From Candidatus Latescibacterota bacterium (GTDB taxonomy: Bacteria; Latescibacterota; UBA2968; GCA-2709665): DNA of 64,000 nt. The notes under the pieces are model-generated. The model had not been told where the DNA came from. It made no database searches and was given only the letters and a program-made list of their open reading frames with translations. Where the stretch lies: positions 3,296,001 through 3,360,000 of the forward strand of contig OZ244744.1 of NCBI GenBank assembly GCA_965219455.1, written 5' to 3'. Numbering within the stretch: the stretch's first letter is position 1; each line of letters begins with the position of its first letter. Positions 45,767 to 56,223 of the stretch are shown one piece after another. The position numbers were made by a program, and so were the translations under genes.

Positions 45767-48229
45767 TCAACCTCCGTACTGAAAACGAATTTCGCGGTCC
45801 TCGCTCTTGCCGCTGACAAGGTCCTCTATTTTTACCTCGAGGACATTCACCCCGTGTTTGACCTTTCCCAGATCGATCTCCAGGTAACCCTGTTCGTTCG
45901 GGTCGATCCCCTCGTGTTCGTACGAAATCGAGACCTGGGGTCTCTTGCTTCTGAAAAGCGAGCGGAGACCGGACGCGACCGATCCGAGCGCCCCATGGAT
46001 GGGTTTCGAAACGTAACGCACAACGTACTTTACCTTGTAACGCGTCTGGCCGAATCGATCTTTCTTTAGATTGTAGATCTCGTAATAGGCGTATACCTGC
46101 TGGGCCCCCCGGTAGTTCCGGGTTGGCATGGGTACGACCCACACGTCTCCTTTCTTGAAACGATCTTGCACTTTCGTTTCGCCGATTGAGGCAGCAAGTT
46201 GAATATCGCTGATACGAAGCCGGTCTTCGGGATATTCCTCCACCTCCACCGACTGCCTGTATATACCGGTGTGCCCGGAAATCAGATCCTTGATCTGGAC
46301 CTGAAGGTCGTATTTTCCGGGTGGAACCTGGAGTTTGAGCAACTCCGGCATGAATGCTTTCTGCGATCCTCTGTAATCGCTCGCGACGCGATAGGCGCGG
46401 CTTGATGCCGTACGATGGATAATGCTGTAATCCACGGGGGCCAGTGCCAGTGCGCACTTGACTTGAATATACGACACATTGCGTCTGTACCCGACTTTCA
46501 CCTGTGCGGCCGGTATCCCATAGTAGACCTCCAGTGTGGTCTGGCCCTCCGTCGCCCGGAAACTGGCCAAGTCGAAGTAAAAGTCCAGCGGGGGATGGTG
46601 AAACCTGGGACGGTAGACATCGGGCATGCGGGCAACCGCGTTGCGAAAAACAACGCCCGGGGCGTACTCGGTGAATCGGGAGAGCCGGGAAAGGTCCGTA
46701 TCCAGAGACGGAGGAGGGATGGGCGCGAAGTCGAACGCTCCGGTGCCCGTTTCGTCCGTAAACGTGATTTCCATGCCGTTTCCGATACGCGTGTACGTCC
46801 AGGTTTCCCAGGGCACGGTTCCGCCCTCGTTGTCCAGTGTGATCGGGGCGTACCCGCCGAAATTGAGCCGTGTATTCAGATTCCCGAACCCGTCGAAGCG
46901 GCTGCCTTCGCGAAGTGTCTCGAGTGGGTCCGTTTCGCCCTCCGCCAGCGCCGAAACCTGGGAGGCGTCGACTTCGAGTTCGTCGTCAGCCGTTGTCGAG
47001 CCGGATACATCCTGCGTCTCCTCCCTGTCGAAGAGCGTGGCCGCCAGGTGACTGCGATTCGCTCGTACCGGAAACACGGGGCCGGTAAAGGTCAGGAGGG
47101 CGGCCTCGTCGCCGTAGAGGGCGACTGCCATCCTGTCTCGTACGGCCTGAACCTTTGGATTCTGCACAAATTGCCTGTGCGTGGACCGGGATCGGTAATC
47201 GGGCTCCCCGTAACGTATATAAACCTCCCCTCGCCTGTCCCACGGGTGGGCGCCGATGGCGAAGAAAGTCCGGGCGTACCAGACGCGGCGGTAGTGCTCG
47301 ATTATCCTCTCGTTAATCGCGGTCAGGATATCGGAATCTCTTTTCAACCAGAACCTCTTCAGGTAGGCCGCCTGTTCCTCGCCGGTGGCGGCCCGGTATT
47401 CCTGGAGTTCCTCTTGCGAGGCAATCAGGGAGATGTCGGAATATAGACCGCGCTCCGCGTGGTCCAGCGTCTGCAGGTATCGCTCGAAGCGTTCCATCGC
47501 CCGTCCGAAACGTTCCAGGAAGAAATGCGCCTGCGCGGCCAGTGGAAGCAGTTGGGTCTCAGACGGGTGCTTCTCGACAAAGGGGGTGATATAGGTGTCG
47601 ATTTTCTCGTACTGCCCGAGTTGAATACACGAAAGCCCGAATTCGTAGCGTCCATCGGGGTTATCGGGTTCCAACTCGATGTACGTCATATAGTAGCCCA
47701 TGGCCTTTTCGTGGTCTTCTTCAAATCGTCCGTAGGCCTCCCCCAGGAGCCGGTAGGCCGGCCCGTAAGCGGCGTTGATCTCGATGGCGGATCTGGCTTT
47801 GCCGACGGCCTGGCGAAAGTTGAAAAACGCTTCCATTCCCCTTCCCGAGTTCCTTAATCTGGCCAGCCCGAGCCCCACGTAGGTGTCCGGACGGTCGGGA
47901 TCGAGTTTACTGGCCGATTCGAAAGAATTTATGGCGGATTCGAAATCTCCCGTTTTCAATAGGGCGTTCCCCTGCCGGGTCAGGAGGTCGGCGTCGTCCG
48001 GAAATGCTTCGACAAGCCGACCCAGAATTTCGGCCGCCTCTTGATAAGCACCGGAACGCAACTGTTGTTCGGCCGTTGAAACCAGGGAATCTCGATCGGC
48101 CGGGTTAACGGTGGGACCTGCCTGCTCCCTCGCGGGCGATTCCGACACCACCGATAGCGCCAGAAGCCACATCAGGAAACACAGGCGGACCGGACGGTAT
48201 GGGCTGCGGCGATAGATGTCGTTTTTCAT
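45767..48229 (-). CDS. GWxTD domain-containing protein with N-terminal TPRs
   Basis: Signal peptide; TPR helices; FWLKRD...NER..EHYRRVWYA...PWDRRGEVYIRYGEPD; WETWTY; GGAGG RBS at ATG 48229. Confidence 0.85.
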   Translation of the reverse strand: MKNDIYRRSPYRPVRLCFLMWLLALSVVSESPAREQAGPTVNPADRDSLVSTAEQQLRSGAYQEAAEILGRLVEAFPDDADLLTRQGNALLKTGDFESAINSFESASKLDPDRPDTYVGLGLARLRNSGRGMEAFFNFRQAVGKARSAIEINAAYGPAYRLLGEAYGRFEEDHEKAMGYYMTYIELEPDNPDGRYEFGLSCIQLGQYEKIDTYITPFVEKHPSETQLLPLAAQAHFFLERFGRAMERFERYLQTLDHAERGLYSDISLIASQEELQEYRAATGEEQAAYLKRFWLKRDSDILTAINERIIEHYRRVWYARTFFAIGAHPWDRRGEVYIRYGEPDYRSRSTHRQFVQNPKVQAVRDRMAVALYGDEAALLTFTGPVFPVRANRSHLAATLFDREETQDVSGSTTADDELEVDASQVSALAEGETDPLETLREGSRFDGFGNLNTRLNFGGYAPITLDNEGGTVPWETWTYTRIGNGMEITFTDETGTGAFDFAPIPPPSLDTDLSRLSRFTEYAPGVVFRNAVARMPDVYRPRFHHPPLDFYFDLASFRATEGQTTLEVYYGIPAAQVKVGYRRNVSYIQVKCALALAPVDYSIIHRTASSRAYRVASDYRGSQKAFMPELLKLQVPPGKYDLQVQIKDLISGHTGIYRQSVEVEEYPEDRLRISDIQLAASIGETKVQDRFKKGDVWVVPMPTRNYRGAQQVYAYYEIYNLKKDRFGQTRYKVKYVVRYVSKPIHGALGSVASGLRSLFRSKRPQVSISYEHEGIDPNEQGYLEIDLGKVKHGVNVLEVKIEDLVSGKSEDREIRFQYGG

Positions 48230-48682
48230 AGTTTTCCTCCGGGAACCGGTCATCCGTTCGTTTGCGCATCGCTTCAGCCGCACGGGAGATTTCATGGAAA
48301 ACTAACCAACCCGCCACCTCCGGTCAAGAATCAGCGGCCGCCCGAAAGGGCGGCGGTCTTCTGGCGGGTCAGCATGCAGCCAGAGTGTTTTGAGCCAGTC
48401 GAAACACGCAACACCCGGTGACGCGCTCGCGATTTTGCCCAAGGGGTCGAGAACCATGGTCCATCGACCCTGTGTCTCGACGGCAATGGCTACGGTGCTT
48501 TCAGCGCGATCCACAACCCTGTAAGGATCATTTATAACACTAACTTTGGGCCGCAAACGCCGCATGTCAAGCAAAAAGCTATCCCACGGACTCCGGTTGC
48601 GAAATTCCTTGACCTTCGCCGCTGTCCAAGCTATTTAATGGCACTGCGGTCAACCCGACGACTCCCGGCGAAGGAGCCCTGC

Positions 48683-49744
48683 ATGCGCATCGACGAATTG
48701 GACACGCCTGTCCTTGTCATCAATCTGGACGCCCTGGAAGAAAACCTGGATCGATACCACGGCTATTTCAGAGAACACGGCATCGGCTTCCGTCCTCATA
48801 TCAAGACCCACAAGACCCTTGCCGTCGCCCAACTGCAGTTGAAATATGGCGCCATCGGCCTTACGTGTCAGAAGCTCGGCGAAGCCGAAGTCCTGGCAGC
48901 GGGTGGCATCCACACCGACCTGCTTGTTCCATACAATATTCTGGGCAGACAGAAGCTGGACCGGCTGACGGCCCTGGTGAAACGACTGCCGATTACCGTT
49001 GCACCGGACTCTGAATTCACCGTGCGGGGACTCTCCGGAGCGGCCGACCCTGAGGGCGTTTCCATCGGCATTCTGATCGAAGTCGAAATGGGATTTGAAC
49101 GCACGGGCGTTCCCACTCCCCGTCAGGCCACGGAACTGGCGAAACTCGTCCACGACCTCCCCGGTCTGGAACTCCGGGGATTCATGGGTTTTCCCACGCC
49201 ACCCGAATCAAGACCGCTCATTCAGGAGACCATAGACCTGTTCGACAGGGCCGGCCTGCCCCGCGCCGTCGTAAGCGGCGGTGGAACGCCCCACGCCATG
49301 GAGGCGCACAAAATCCCTGAACTCACGGAGTACCGCGCGGGCGAATACACCGTGGGCGGCGCCATGCACCTGGCCGACGGCCGCCACACCCTGGCGCAGT
49401 GCGCGCTCCGCGTGATCACGACCGTTGTGAGCAGGCCCACCGAAGACCGTATGTTCCTGGACGCCGGAAGCAAAGCGCTGAGCGCGTCTATCTACAAGAC
49501 GGACCGGGGCGACTGCATGGGTCATATTGTCGAATACCCGGATGCCCTGATCGGAATCGCCTCCGAGGAGCACGGCCACGTGGACATATCCGGATGCGCG
49601 GTCAAACCGGAAATCGGCGAGCGCGTGCAGGTGCTTCCGGTTCACCCCTGTCCCTGCGTCAACGAACACGACGAAATGGTTGCCACGCGAAACGGAAAGG
49701 TCGAAGCGACCTGGCCGGTACATGCGCGCGGAAAAATCCGCTGA
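48683..49744 (+). CDS. DSD1/D-threonine aldolase family PLP enzyme (alanine-racemase fold)
   Basis: LDTP.L..DLD, RPHIKTHK, CQKLGEAE, RTGV, SGGGTP, DAGSKALS, SEEHG, P.HPCPCVN motifs. Confidence 0.9.
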   Translation: MRIDELDTPVLVINLDALEENLDRYHGYFREHGIGFRPHIKTHKTLAVAQLQLKYGAIGLTCQKLGEAEVLAAGGIHTDLLVPYNILGRQKLDRLTALVKRLPITVAPDSEFTVRGLSGAADPEGVSIGILIEVEMGFERTGVPTPRQATELAKLVHDLPGLELRGFMGFPTPPESRPLIQETIDLFDRAGLPRAVVSGGGTPHAMEAHKIPELTEYRAGEYTVGGAMHLADGRHTLAQCALRVITTVVSRPTEDRMFLDAGSKALSASIYKTDRGDCMGHIVEYPDALIGIASEEHGHVDISGCAVKPEIGERVQVLPVHPCPCVNEHDEMVATRNGKVEATWPVHARGKIR

Positions 49745-49859
49745 TCAGGCTTTGCCTCTACGCCACTTTTTTGGAAGAGGCTAAAGATTGGAGCGGAACG
49801 AAATCGTCCGCCGAATCCCCTCGACGTCCGTTGCTTCAAAGGGGGCATACGGATGATGC

Positions 49860-49897
49860 TTGAACTGCGGAGAATGATCACGTATAATGAGATCATT
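49860..49897 (+). promoter_or_regulatory. Promoter/operator of the vapBC-like module
   Basis: TTGAAC-N17-TATAAT; inverted repeat aatgatc...gatcatt straddles the -10. Confidence 0.65.
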
Positions 49898-49939
49898 TTG
49901 CCATCATATATTGATTGTATTTCAAGAAGGGAGTGCGCC

Positions 49940-50212
49940 TTGGCGGATGTTCTGAAGAGCATGACCCTGCGTGGGCTGGACCCCCAGCTTGCCGCCAAGT
50001 TGAGGGAGGTGGCCGAGCGGGAAGGCAAGAGCATGAACCAGACGGCACTGGATGCATTGCGAAAACAGTTCGGACTAAACAAATCACGTCGGTTCACCGC
50101 GATCCATAACGACCTGGATCACCTGTTCGGACGTTGGGACGAAAATGAGTTTGCTCGAATCCAACAGAAGATTGACTCCGAGCGACGCATTGATTCGGAA
50201 CTTTGGCAGTGA
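49940..50212 (+). CDS. Ribbon-helix-helix antitoxin (VapB/FitA-like)
   Basis: MTLRGLDPQL..KL...A..EGKSMN, DL..LFG.W...EF......R.ID.ELW; AAGGGAG RBS before TTG 49940. Confidence 0.75.
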   Translation: MADVLKSMTLRGLDPQLAAKLREVAEREGKSMNQTALDALRKQFGLNKSRRFTAIHNDLDHLFGRWDENEFARIQQKIDSERRIDSELWQ

Positions 50213-50256
50213 ACGAATTCTTGATCGATACCAATATCTACTCGCTCGCCATGCGC
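50209..50256 (+). pseudogene. 5' remnant of a PIN-domain (VapC) toxin
   Basis: GTGA overlap with the antitoxin. Translates MNEFLIDTNIYSLAMR (PIN DTN motif); similarity then ends at gcgcagacaggc. Confidence 0.7.
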
Positions 50257-50385
50257 GCAGACAGGCGTCGGCCTTCTCGTGCGCCCCGAATGGCGTCTTA
50301 CGCTGCGAATGCAACAAAACTAACACACCGAAAACAACTCCGGAATATCGGCGTCGTCCTGCGAAATGCCGCCTGATTTTTTCCA

Positions 50386-51522
50386 ATGAGGGCTGATTGC
50401 TTTTCAATGTCGTCAATTTACCCAATGCCCGGGACCGGTTTCCCAGATGTCCGTTTCGCCCGCCTCAATGCCGACGTTATACGGATAAATCCGACCGAGG
50501 CAGCGCTCTACAGGCACTACGGTATCGCGCCCATACCGGTGGACGCCTATGAACCGGACGACATCGTCGCCCGCGTTGCGGATTGCGACGCGCTTGCCGT
50601 TGTCTCAGCGTCGCTTCCTGAGCCGGTTATCAAGAGCCTGTCCAAATGCCGGATCATCTCCCGGTTGGGCAACGGCACGGACAAGATCGACGTCAAAACC
50701 GCCACCGAAGAGGGCATTCTCGTCTCAAATGTCCCTTCCTTTTGCAACGAAGAAATGGCCGATCACGTAATGGCCTCCCTGCTCGGCCTCGCCCGGCAGA
50801 TTCCAGGAATGTCGCGGCATTTCTACGCTGGCGCGTACCAGCAGGCTCGTGACGAGGGTCTCCGGCTCAGGCGCATATCGGGCCTCACGCTGGGACTGAT
50901 CGGATTCGGCGCCTCCGCAAAGGCCGTTGTAAAACGCGCAAGACCCTTTGGCCTCAATATCCTGGCCACCCGGAAAAACCTGCGCGCGCCGCGGGACGAG
51001 GCCGACGCCCTGGGTGTCCGAATGGTGGACCTTGACACGCTATTGAGAACGTCGGACTTTGTCTCTCTGCACCTGCCGCTCACACCGGACACCTACCGCC
51101 TGTTGGATGAGTCCAACCTGAAAAAAATGAAACCCGGTTCCTATTTCATCAATACCTGCCGCGGCGCCATCACGGACGAAGGCGCGCTCGCCGGTCTGCT
51201 CGGAAGCGGGCACCTGGCCGGCGCCGCCCTGGACACCTTCGACGACATTGAAATCTTCGGAGAACAGGAATCTCCGCCGGACCATGCGCTGACGAGGCTT
51301 GATAACGTCATTCTCACCCCGCATATCTCCGGTCTGTCCGTCCAGGCCAGCCAGGAGGTGGCGACCACGGGTGTGGAGAACCTCGTCTCGGTACTCAGCG
51401 GGCGCCGGCCCCATCCCGACCACATTGTCAACACGGACGTTCGCCCGCGCCTGCCGCTGAAGGAACACGATCCCTCGCTGTTTGACCATAGAAGGAATGC
51501 GGCGCTTTTCACGCAGAATTGA
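50386..51522 (+). CDS. D-isomer-specific 2-hydroxyacid dehydrogenase (CtBP/PGDH-like)
   Basis: RLGNGTDKID, EEMADH, GLIGFG, SDFVSLHLPL, INTCRG, GAALD, LTPH motifs. True start may be 50407 or 50425. Confidence 0.88.
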   Translation: MRADCFSMSSIYPMPGTGFPDVRFARLNADVIRINPTEAALYRHYGIAPIPVDAYEPDDIVARVADCDALAVVSASLPEPVIKSLSKCRIISRLGNGTDKIDVKTATEEGILVSNVPSFCNEEMADHVMASLLGLARQIPGMSRHFYAGAYQQARDEGLRLRRISGLTLGLIGFGASAKAVVKRARPFGLNILATRKNLRAPRDEADALGVRMVDLDTLLRTSDFVSLHLPLTPDTYRLLDESNLKKMKPGSYFINTCRGAITDEGALAGLLGSGHLAGAALDTFDDIEIFGEQESPPDHALTRLDNVILTPHISGLSVQASQEVATTGVENLVSVLSGRRPHPDHIVNTDVRPRLPLKEHDPSLFDHRRNAALFTQN

Positions 51523-51624
51523 AAGGGCGGATATTCAAACCCGAACACCCCGCGTGACCGAACATCCTTTACGCCTCAGTCCATTTCTTCGGCTTTGAAT
51601 TCATAACTCCAGGAGATCATTTCC

Positions 51625-51990
51625 ATGGCCGATAAGGAAAGTCCCGAACCCTTCTATTCCATGGCCCGCCGCGCCGGAGATATGCTATACCTCTCCGGCT
51701 TCGGCCCTGTCGAAGGCGGAGAGGTCGTCGTCGGAAATATCCAGGAACAGACCATCTTCACGATGGACAACATGAAGGATGTCCTGGAAAGGGAGGGCGC
51801 CTCCTTCGACGACGTCGTCCGCGTCAACGTCTTTCTCCTGGACATGGACGACCGTGACGGATTCAATCGCACCTATATGCGATATTTCAAAAACAGGAAC
51901 ATGATGCCCACACGGCGTCTGGTCGGAGCGGGCGACATGTATAAAGGCATCCTCGTCGAAATCGACGCAATCGCCTACCTGGGCAGATAG
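51625..51990 (+). CDS. RidA/YjgF family enamine deaminase
   Basis: YS.A.RAGD.LYLSG, EQT....N...L, DVV.V.VFL, FN..Y..YF, P.R, LVEIDAIA motifs. Confidence 0.9.
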   Translation: MADKESPEPFYSMARRAGDMLYLSGFGPVEGGEVVVGNIQEQTIFTMDNMKDVLEREGASFDDVVRVNVFLLDMDDRDGFNRTYMRYFKNRNMMPTRRLVGAGDMYKGILVEIDAIAYLGR

Positions 51991-52051
51991 AGAGTCCCGT
52001 TCGGGGTTGGGGTGGCAGGCGCGTCTTACGGCATCTATCGGGAGAATGACC

Positions 52052-52864
52052 ATGTCGCATCCAATCTTCGACCTGACCGACCGTGTCGCCCTCGTTTCGG
52101 GCGCGGCAAAGGGTATGGGCAAAGCCATGGCCATCGGCTTTGCGGAAGCCGGCGCGGACCTTATGCTGGCCGACATCAATGGCCCGGGGGCGCAGGAAAC
52201 CGCCCACCAGATTGAATCACTGGGACGGCGCGCCATTCCCGTGCGGTGTGACGTTTCCGATACCGACCAGGTCCGCGCTATGTTCGAACGCCTTGACAAG
52301 GAATTCGGCCGCATTCACGTCCTGGGTAACGTCGCCGGTGGAACCATGGTGAAAAAACCGGAGGATCTCACCCTTGACGAGCTTCAACAGAGCCTGCAAT
52401 CCCTGGTCATCGGCCGCTTCTGCTGTTGCCAGGAAGGGGGCAGGCGCATGCTCGCCGCCGGCAAGGGCAGCATCATCAATATCGGCTCCCTGGCCAGCGT
52501 CTCCGCTATGGGCCGCGGCCATATCGCGTATAGCGTTGGCATGGGCGCCGTGGCCCAGATGACGCGGGAACTCAGCACGGAATGGAGCGGCAGGGGCGTG
52601 CGTGTGAACGCCATCCTGCCCGCGCAGGTCATGAACGACTTCCTGGAAAAACGCCTGCGGGCCGAACCCAGAATGGCCGACACCTGGCTGGGCGGTATAC
52701 CCGCCGGCCGGTTCGGGGAGCCGCAGGATATCGTGGGCGTCTCCATCTTCCTCGCCTCCGATGCGTCCGCGTGGATCACCGGCGTGTTGTTGCCAATGGA
52801 CGGCGGCAACCTGGCGATGAACGCGGGCGGCACCTATCCCGGGGGCCCGATCGCCAGTGGATAG
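52052..52864 (+). CDS. SDR family oxidoreductase
   Basis: ALVSGAAKGMG, GSIINIGS, RVNAI.P, GRFGEP.D, S.WITG....DGG. The catalytic YxxxK appears as YSVGM. Confidence 0.88.
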   Translation: MSHPIFDLTDRVALVSGAAKGMGKAMAIGFAEAGADLMLADINGPGAQETAHQIESLGRRAIPVRCDVSDTDQVRAMFERLDKEFGRIHVLGNVAGGTMVKKPEDLTLDELQQSLQSLVIGRFCCCQEGGRRMLAAGKGSIINIGSLASVSAMGRGHIAYSVGMGAVAQMTRELSTEWSGRGVRVNAILPAQVMNDFLEKRLRAEPRMADTWLGGIPAGRFGEPQDIVGVSIFLASDASAWITGVLLPMDGGNLAMNAGGTYPGGPIASG

Positions 52865-52910
52865 CCAGATTCCATCACTGTCACGCCCATAGAACAAGCA
52901 GGGGAACCCC

Positions 52911-53882
52911 ATGTCAGGCGACCTCAGAACCGAACAACGCCTCACCCTTTACAGGCAGATGCTCACAATCCGTCGCACCGAGGAGCAGATTGCCAGGTCA
53001 TATCAGGCCGGACTCATCCCCGGCGCCTGCCACACCTACGTCGGCGAGGAGGCCATCGCTGCGGGTGTCTGCGCCCATCTGCGCAGGGACGACACGATCT
53101 TCAGCACCCATCGGGGCCACGGCCACGCGCTCGCCAAGGGCGTGCCCATAGGGGAACTTATCGCCGAACTCTTCGGCAAATCCACGGGTTGCGCCCGGGG
53201 GCGGGGTGGCAGCATGCACCTTTTCTCGCCTGAAATCGGCCTGATGGGCACCAGCGGCATCGTGGGCCCCAGCATCCTGCAGGCAGCGGGGGCCGCGTAC
53301 ACGTTCAAGTTGCTCGAAACCGATCGGGTCAGCGTAGCCTTTTTCGGCGACGGGGGCGTAAGCAACGGCGCCTTTCATGAAGGCCTGAACATGGCCGCCA
53401 TCTGGCAACTGCCCGTCATCTTCGTCCTGGAAGACAACCGGTACGCCACTGAAATCGCCTTTGAGTACGCCACCCGAAATACGAATATCGCCCAGCGCGC
53501 GGAGGGCTATGGCGTAACCGGCGTTGCAGTTGACGGCAATGACGTCATCGACGTCTACAAGAAAGCGGGCGAGGCCGTGGTTCGCGCGAGGGAGGGAGGC
53601 GGACCGACACTGCTGGACTGCAAAACCTACCGAACCCGTCCTCACGCCGAGGGGATGCGAGACACCGGTTACCGCACGCGGGAAGAACTCGACGCGTGGA
53701 GGGCCAGAGATCCCATCGAAATGCTGGCCGGGAGACTGATAGATGGCGCCTTCGCCGACCGGGAATCGCTCGACCGGATCGAACAGGAGATCCGGACCGC
53801 CGTTGAAGAGGGCGTTGAGTTCGCCAGAACGAGTCCGTGGCCGGATCCCTCCACGGTAACGGACCACGTCTTCAGTGGATAG
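52911..53882 (+). CDS. TPP-dependent 2-oxoacid/acetoin dehydrogenase E1 alpha
   Basis: H.YVGEEA, STHRGHGH, GRGGSMH, FFGDG...N, DGND, KTYR...H motifs. Confidence 0.92.
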   Translation: MSGDLRTEQRLTLYRQMLTIRRTEEQIARSYQAGLIPGACHTYVGEEAIAAGVCAHLRRDDTIFSTHRGHGHALAKGVPIGELIAELFGKSTGCARGRGGSMHLFSPEIGLMGTSGIVGPSILQAAGAAYTFKLLETDRVSVAFFGDGGVSNGAFHEGLNMAAIWQLPVIFVLEDNRYATEIAFEYATRNTNIAQRAEGYGVTGVAVDGNDVIDVYKKAGEAVVRAREGGGPTLLDCKTYRTRPHAEGMRDTGYRTREELDAWRARDPIEMLAGRLIDGAFADRESLDRIEQEIRTAVEEGVEFARTSPWPDPSTVTDHVFSG

Positions 53883-53893
53883 GAAGCGAACCC

Positions 53894-54871
53894 ATGCGTG
53901 AAATCACGTTTACGGAAGCCGCCCGCGAAGCCCTGTCCGAAGCCATGGCGGCCGACCCGACCATTTTCGTCGTCGGCGAAGGCGCGGGCGAACGCGGCGG
54001 CAACTTCAATACGACCACCGGACTCTACGACCTTTACGGTCCCATGCGCGTGCGTGATACCCCGATTTGCGAGCGGGGTTTTATCGGTCTTTGCACGGGC
54101 GCGGCCATGGCCGGCGCGCGGCCCGTGGTCGATTTCATGTTTATCGACTTCATCCTGGACGGTTTCGGCGAGATGGTCAACCAGGTCGCCAAAATGCAAT
54201 ACATGAGCAGCGGCCGCCTTTCCATGCCCGTTGTTCTGCGAGGCTGCGTCGGCATCGGAGGCGCCGCCGCCACCCACCATTCCGGAAACTACTATCCCGT
54301 TTTCGCTCATCTGCCCGGTTTTCGCGTGGCCCTGCCCGCCACGCCGTACGATGCCAAGGGCCTGTTCAAGACCGCCCTGGAAGGCCAGGACCCCGTCCTC
54401 TTCCTGGAACACAAGTCCATCCTCAACCACAGGGGTCCCGTACCTGAAACACCGTACGCCATTCCGTTCGGGAAGGCCGAGGTCCGTCGCGAGGGCAGGG
54501 ACCTCACTGTTGTCGCGTTTGCCAACATGGTTCCCGTTACGTGGAAACTCTGCGACGCACTCGCCGCGGACGGCATCTCGGTTGAACTCATCGACCCGCG
54601 CACCGTGGCGCCGCTGGACATCGATACCATACTGGAATCGGTACACAAAACCGGTCGTCTGCTCATCGTGGACGAGGCCTTCGGTCCCTGCGGCATCGGC
54701 GCCGAAATCGCCGCTCAGATTCAGAGTCTTGCGTTCGACGATCTGGACGCGCCGGTGCGCCGGCTCAACGGCGCGCATGCCCCCACGCCGTACAGCGCCC
54801 CGCTGGAGGCGGCCTGCACACCTCAACCGGAAACCATTTCGCAGGCCATCCGCGACCTGATGGAGGAATAG
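53894..54871 (+). CDS. 2-oxoacid/acetoin dehydrogenase E1 beta
   Basis: RVRDTPICE, GARPVV.FMF.DF, TPYDAKGL, DPVLFLEHK, ELIDPRT..PLD, LDAPV.R motifs. Confidence 0.92.
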   Translation: MREITFTEAAREALSEAMAADPTIFVVGEGAGERGGNFNTTTGLYDLYGPMRVRDTPICERGFIGLCTGAAMAGARPVVDFMFIDFILDGFGEMVNQVAKMQYMSSGRLSMPVVLRGCVGIGGAAATHHSGNYYPVFAHLPGFRVALPATPYDAKGLFKTALEGQDPVLFLEHKSILNHRGPVPETPYAIPFGKAEVRREGRDLTVVAFANMVPVTWKLCDALAADGISVELIDPRTVAPLDIDTILESVHKTGRLLIVDEAFGPCGIGAEIAAQIQSLAFDDLDAPVRRLNGAHAPTPYSAPLEAACTPQPETISQAIRDLMEE

Positions 54872-54952
54872 TCGCGGCGGCGAGGAAGGCGACGAGGCGA
54901 GATTCAGCTTGTTGCCGCTCGTTTCCTTAACGTCTTCGGAAGGTCGATTCCC

Positions 54953-56113
54953 ATGCCCATTGAAATCGTCATGCCCCGCCTGGGATGGACCATGGAGGAG
55001 GGCACCCTCGTCGAGTGGCTCAAGCGGAACGGGGAAACGATTGAATCGGGAGAAATCATCTTTACGGTTGAAAGCGACAAAGCGATAAATGAAATCGAGT
55101 CCTTCGACAGCGGTACCCTGTATATACCGCCCGACGCGCCCCAGCCGGGCGATACCGTACCCATAGGGACATTGCTGGCCTTCCTTCTGGGACCGGACGA
55201 GCAGCCTCCCGTGGTGACACCCGCCTCGCCGGCAGGCGAACAGGAAGCGGAATCCGGACCGCAACAATCCACCCCGTCCCGACCTCGCGCCGATCGAACC
55301 CAAGCCAGGAAAAATCGACCCCCGATCAGCCCGCGGGCGCTCCGCCTGGCAAAGGAACTGGGTGTCGACTGGAATACGCTTCAAGGCAGCGGTCGAAACG
55401 GCCGTATTGTCGAACGTGACGTCCGGGCCGCGACCTCGGCCCCGTCCCGGGACAGGGCCGAACGTACCATCCGCCGGACCATCGCGCGGCGTCTGACCGA
55501 AAGTCACAACGAGACCGCGCCCGTGACGCTTTCCACCGAAGCCGATGCAACGGACTTCGCTGCGTTGCGTGCGGAACTCGACATCCCCTTCCTCACGTTC
55601 AACGATCTTTTTCTGAAGCTGACGGCCCTGGCCCTGGCCGACCATCCGGACATGAACGCCTCATGGCAGGACGGAACCGTCCACAGGCACGAGGAGATCC
55701 ACATCGGTATTGCCGTGGATACCCATGCCGGACTTCTCGTCCCCGTCATCTCCAACGCCGGCGCCAAAGACCTGCCTGATCTCGCCAGCGAAACCGCGGA
55801 CCTCGTTCAGAAAGCCAGGCAGGGCAACCTCGAACCCGAGCATCTTCAAGGGGGTACGTTTACGATTACGAACCTGGGCGCGTACGGGATCGACGTCTTT
55901 ACGCCCATCATCAACCTGCCGCAGTGCGCCATTCTGGGTGTGGGCCGGATTGCCTCCAAACCGGCAGTATACCAGGGCCGGGTCGTGCCCCGGGATATGG
56001 TCGCCCTGAGCCTTACCTTCGACCACCGCGTGGCAGACGGAGGACCGGCCGCCCGATTCCTGGACACGATCCGCCGCCACGTGGAACAACCCGCACTCTG
56101 GCACGCCCGCTAA
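54953..56113 (+). CDS. Dihydrolipoamide acyltransferase E2
   Basis: Lipoyl domain MP.LG.TMEEG...VESDKA; PSBD ISPRA.RLA.E.G.D....GSG..GRI; catalytic GGTFTITNLG and DHRVADG. Confidence 0.92.
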   Translation: MPIEIVMPRLGWTMEEGTLVEWLKRNGETIESGEIIFTVESDKAINEIESFDSGTLYIPPDAPQPGDTVPIGTLLAFLLGPDEQPPVVTPASPAGEQEAESGPQQSTPSRPRADRTQARKNRPPISPRALRLAKELGVDWNTLQGSGRNGRIVERDVRAATSAPSRDRAERTIRRTIARRLTESHNETAPVTLSTEADATDFAALRAELDIPFLTFNDLFLKLTALALADHPDMNASWQDGTVHRHEEIHIGIAVDTHAGLLVPVISNAGAKDLPDLASETADLVQKARQGNLEPEHLQGGTFTITNLGAYGIDVFTPIINLPQCAILGVGRIASKPAVYQGRVVPRDMVALSLTFDHRVADGGPAARFLDTIRRHVEQPALWHAR

Positions 56114-56223
56114 CGGAGCACAATGGCGCCCGCGGGTGAACCTGCCGGATTCGAGGCGAATCGATCGGAGGCTCGTTTTTCGGACTTTCACCGCCGTGGC
56201 TCCGTGCTTTGCATTCCATTCTT

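Noticed and set aside
53669-55645. 658-aa minus-strand ORF
   Set aside because: Antisense shadow of the E1 beta and E2 genes.
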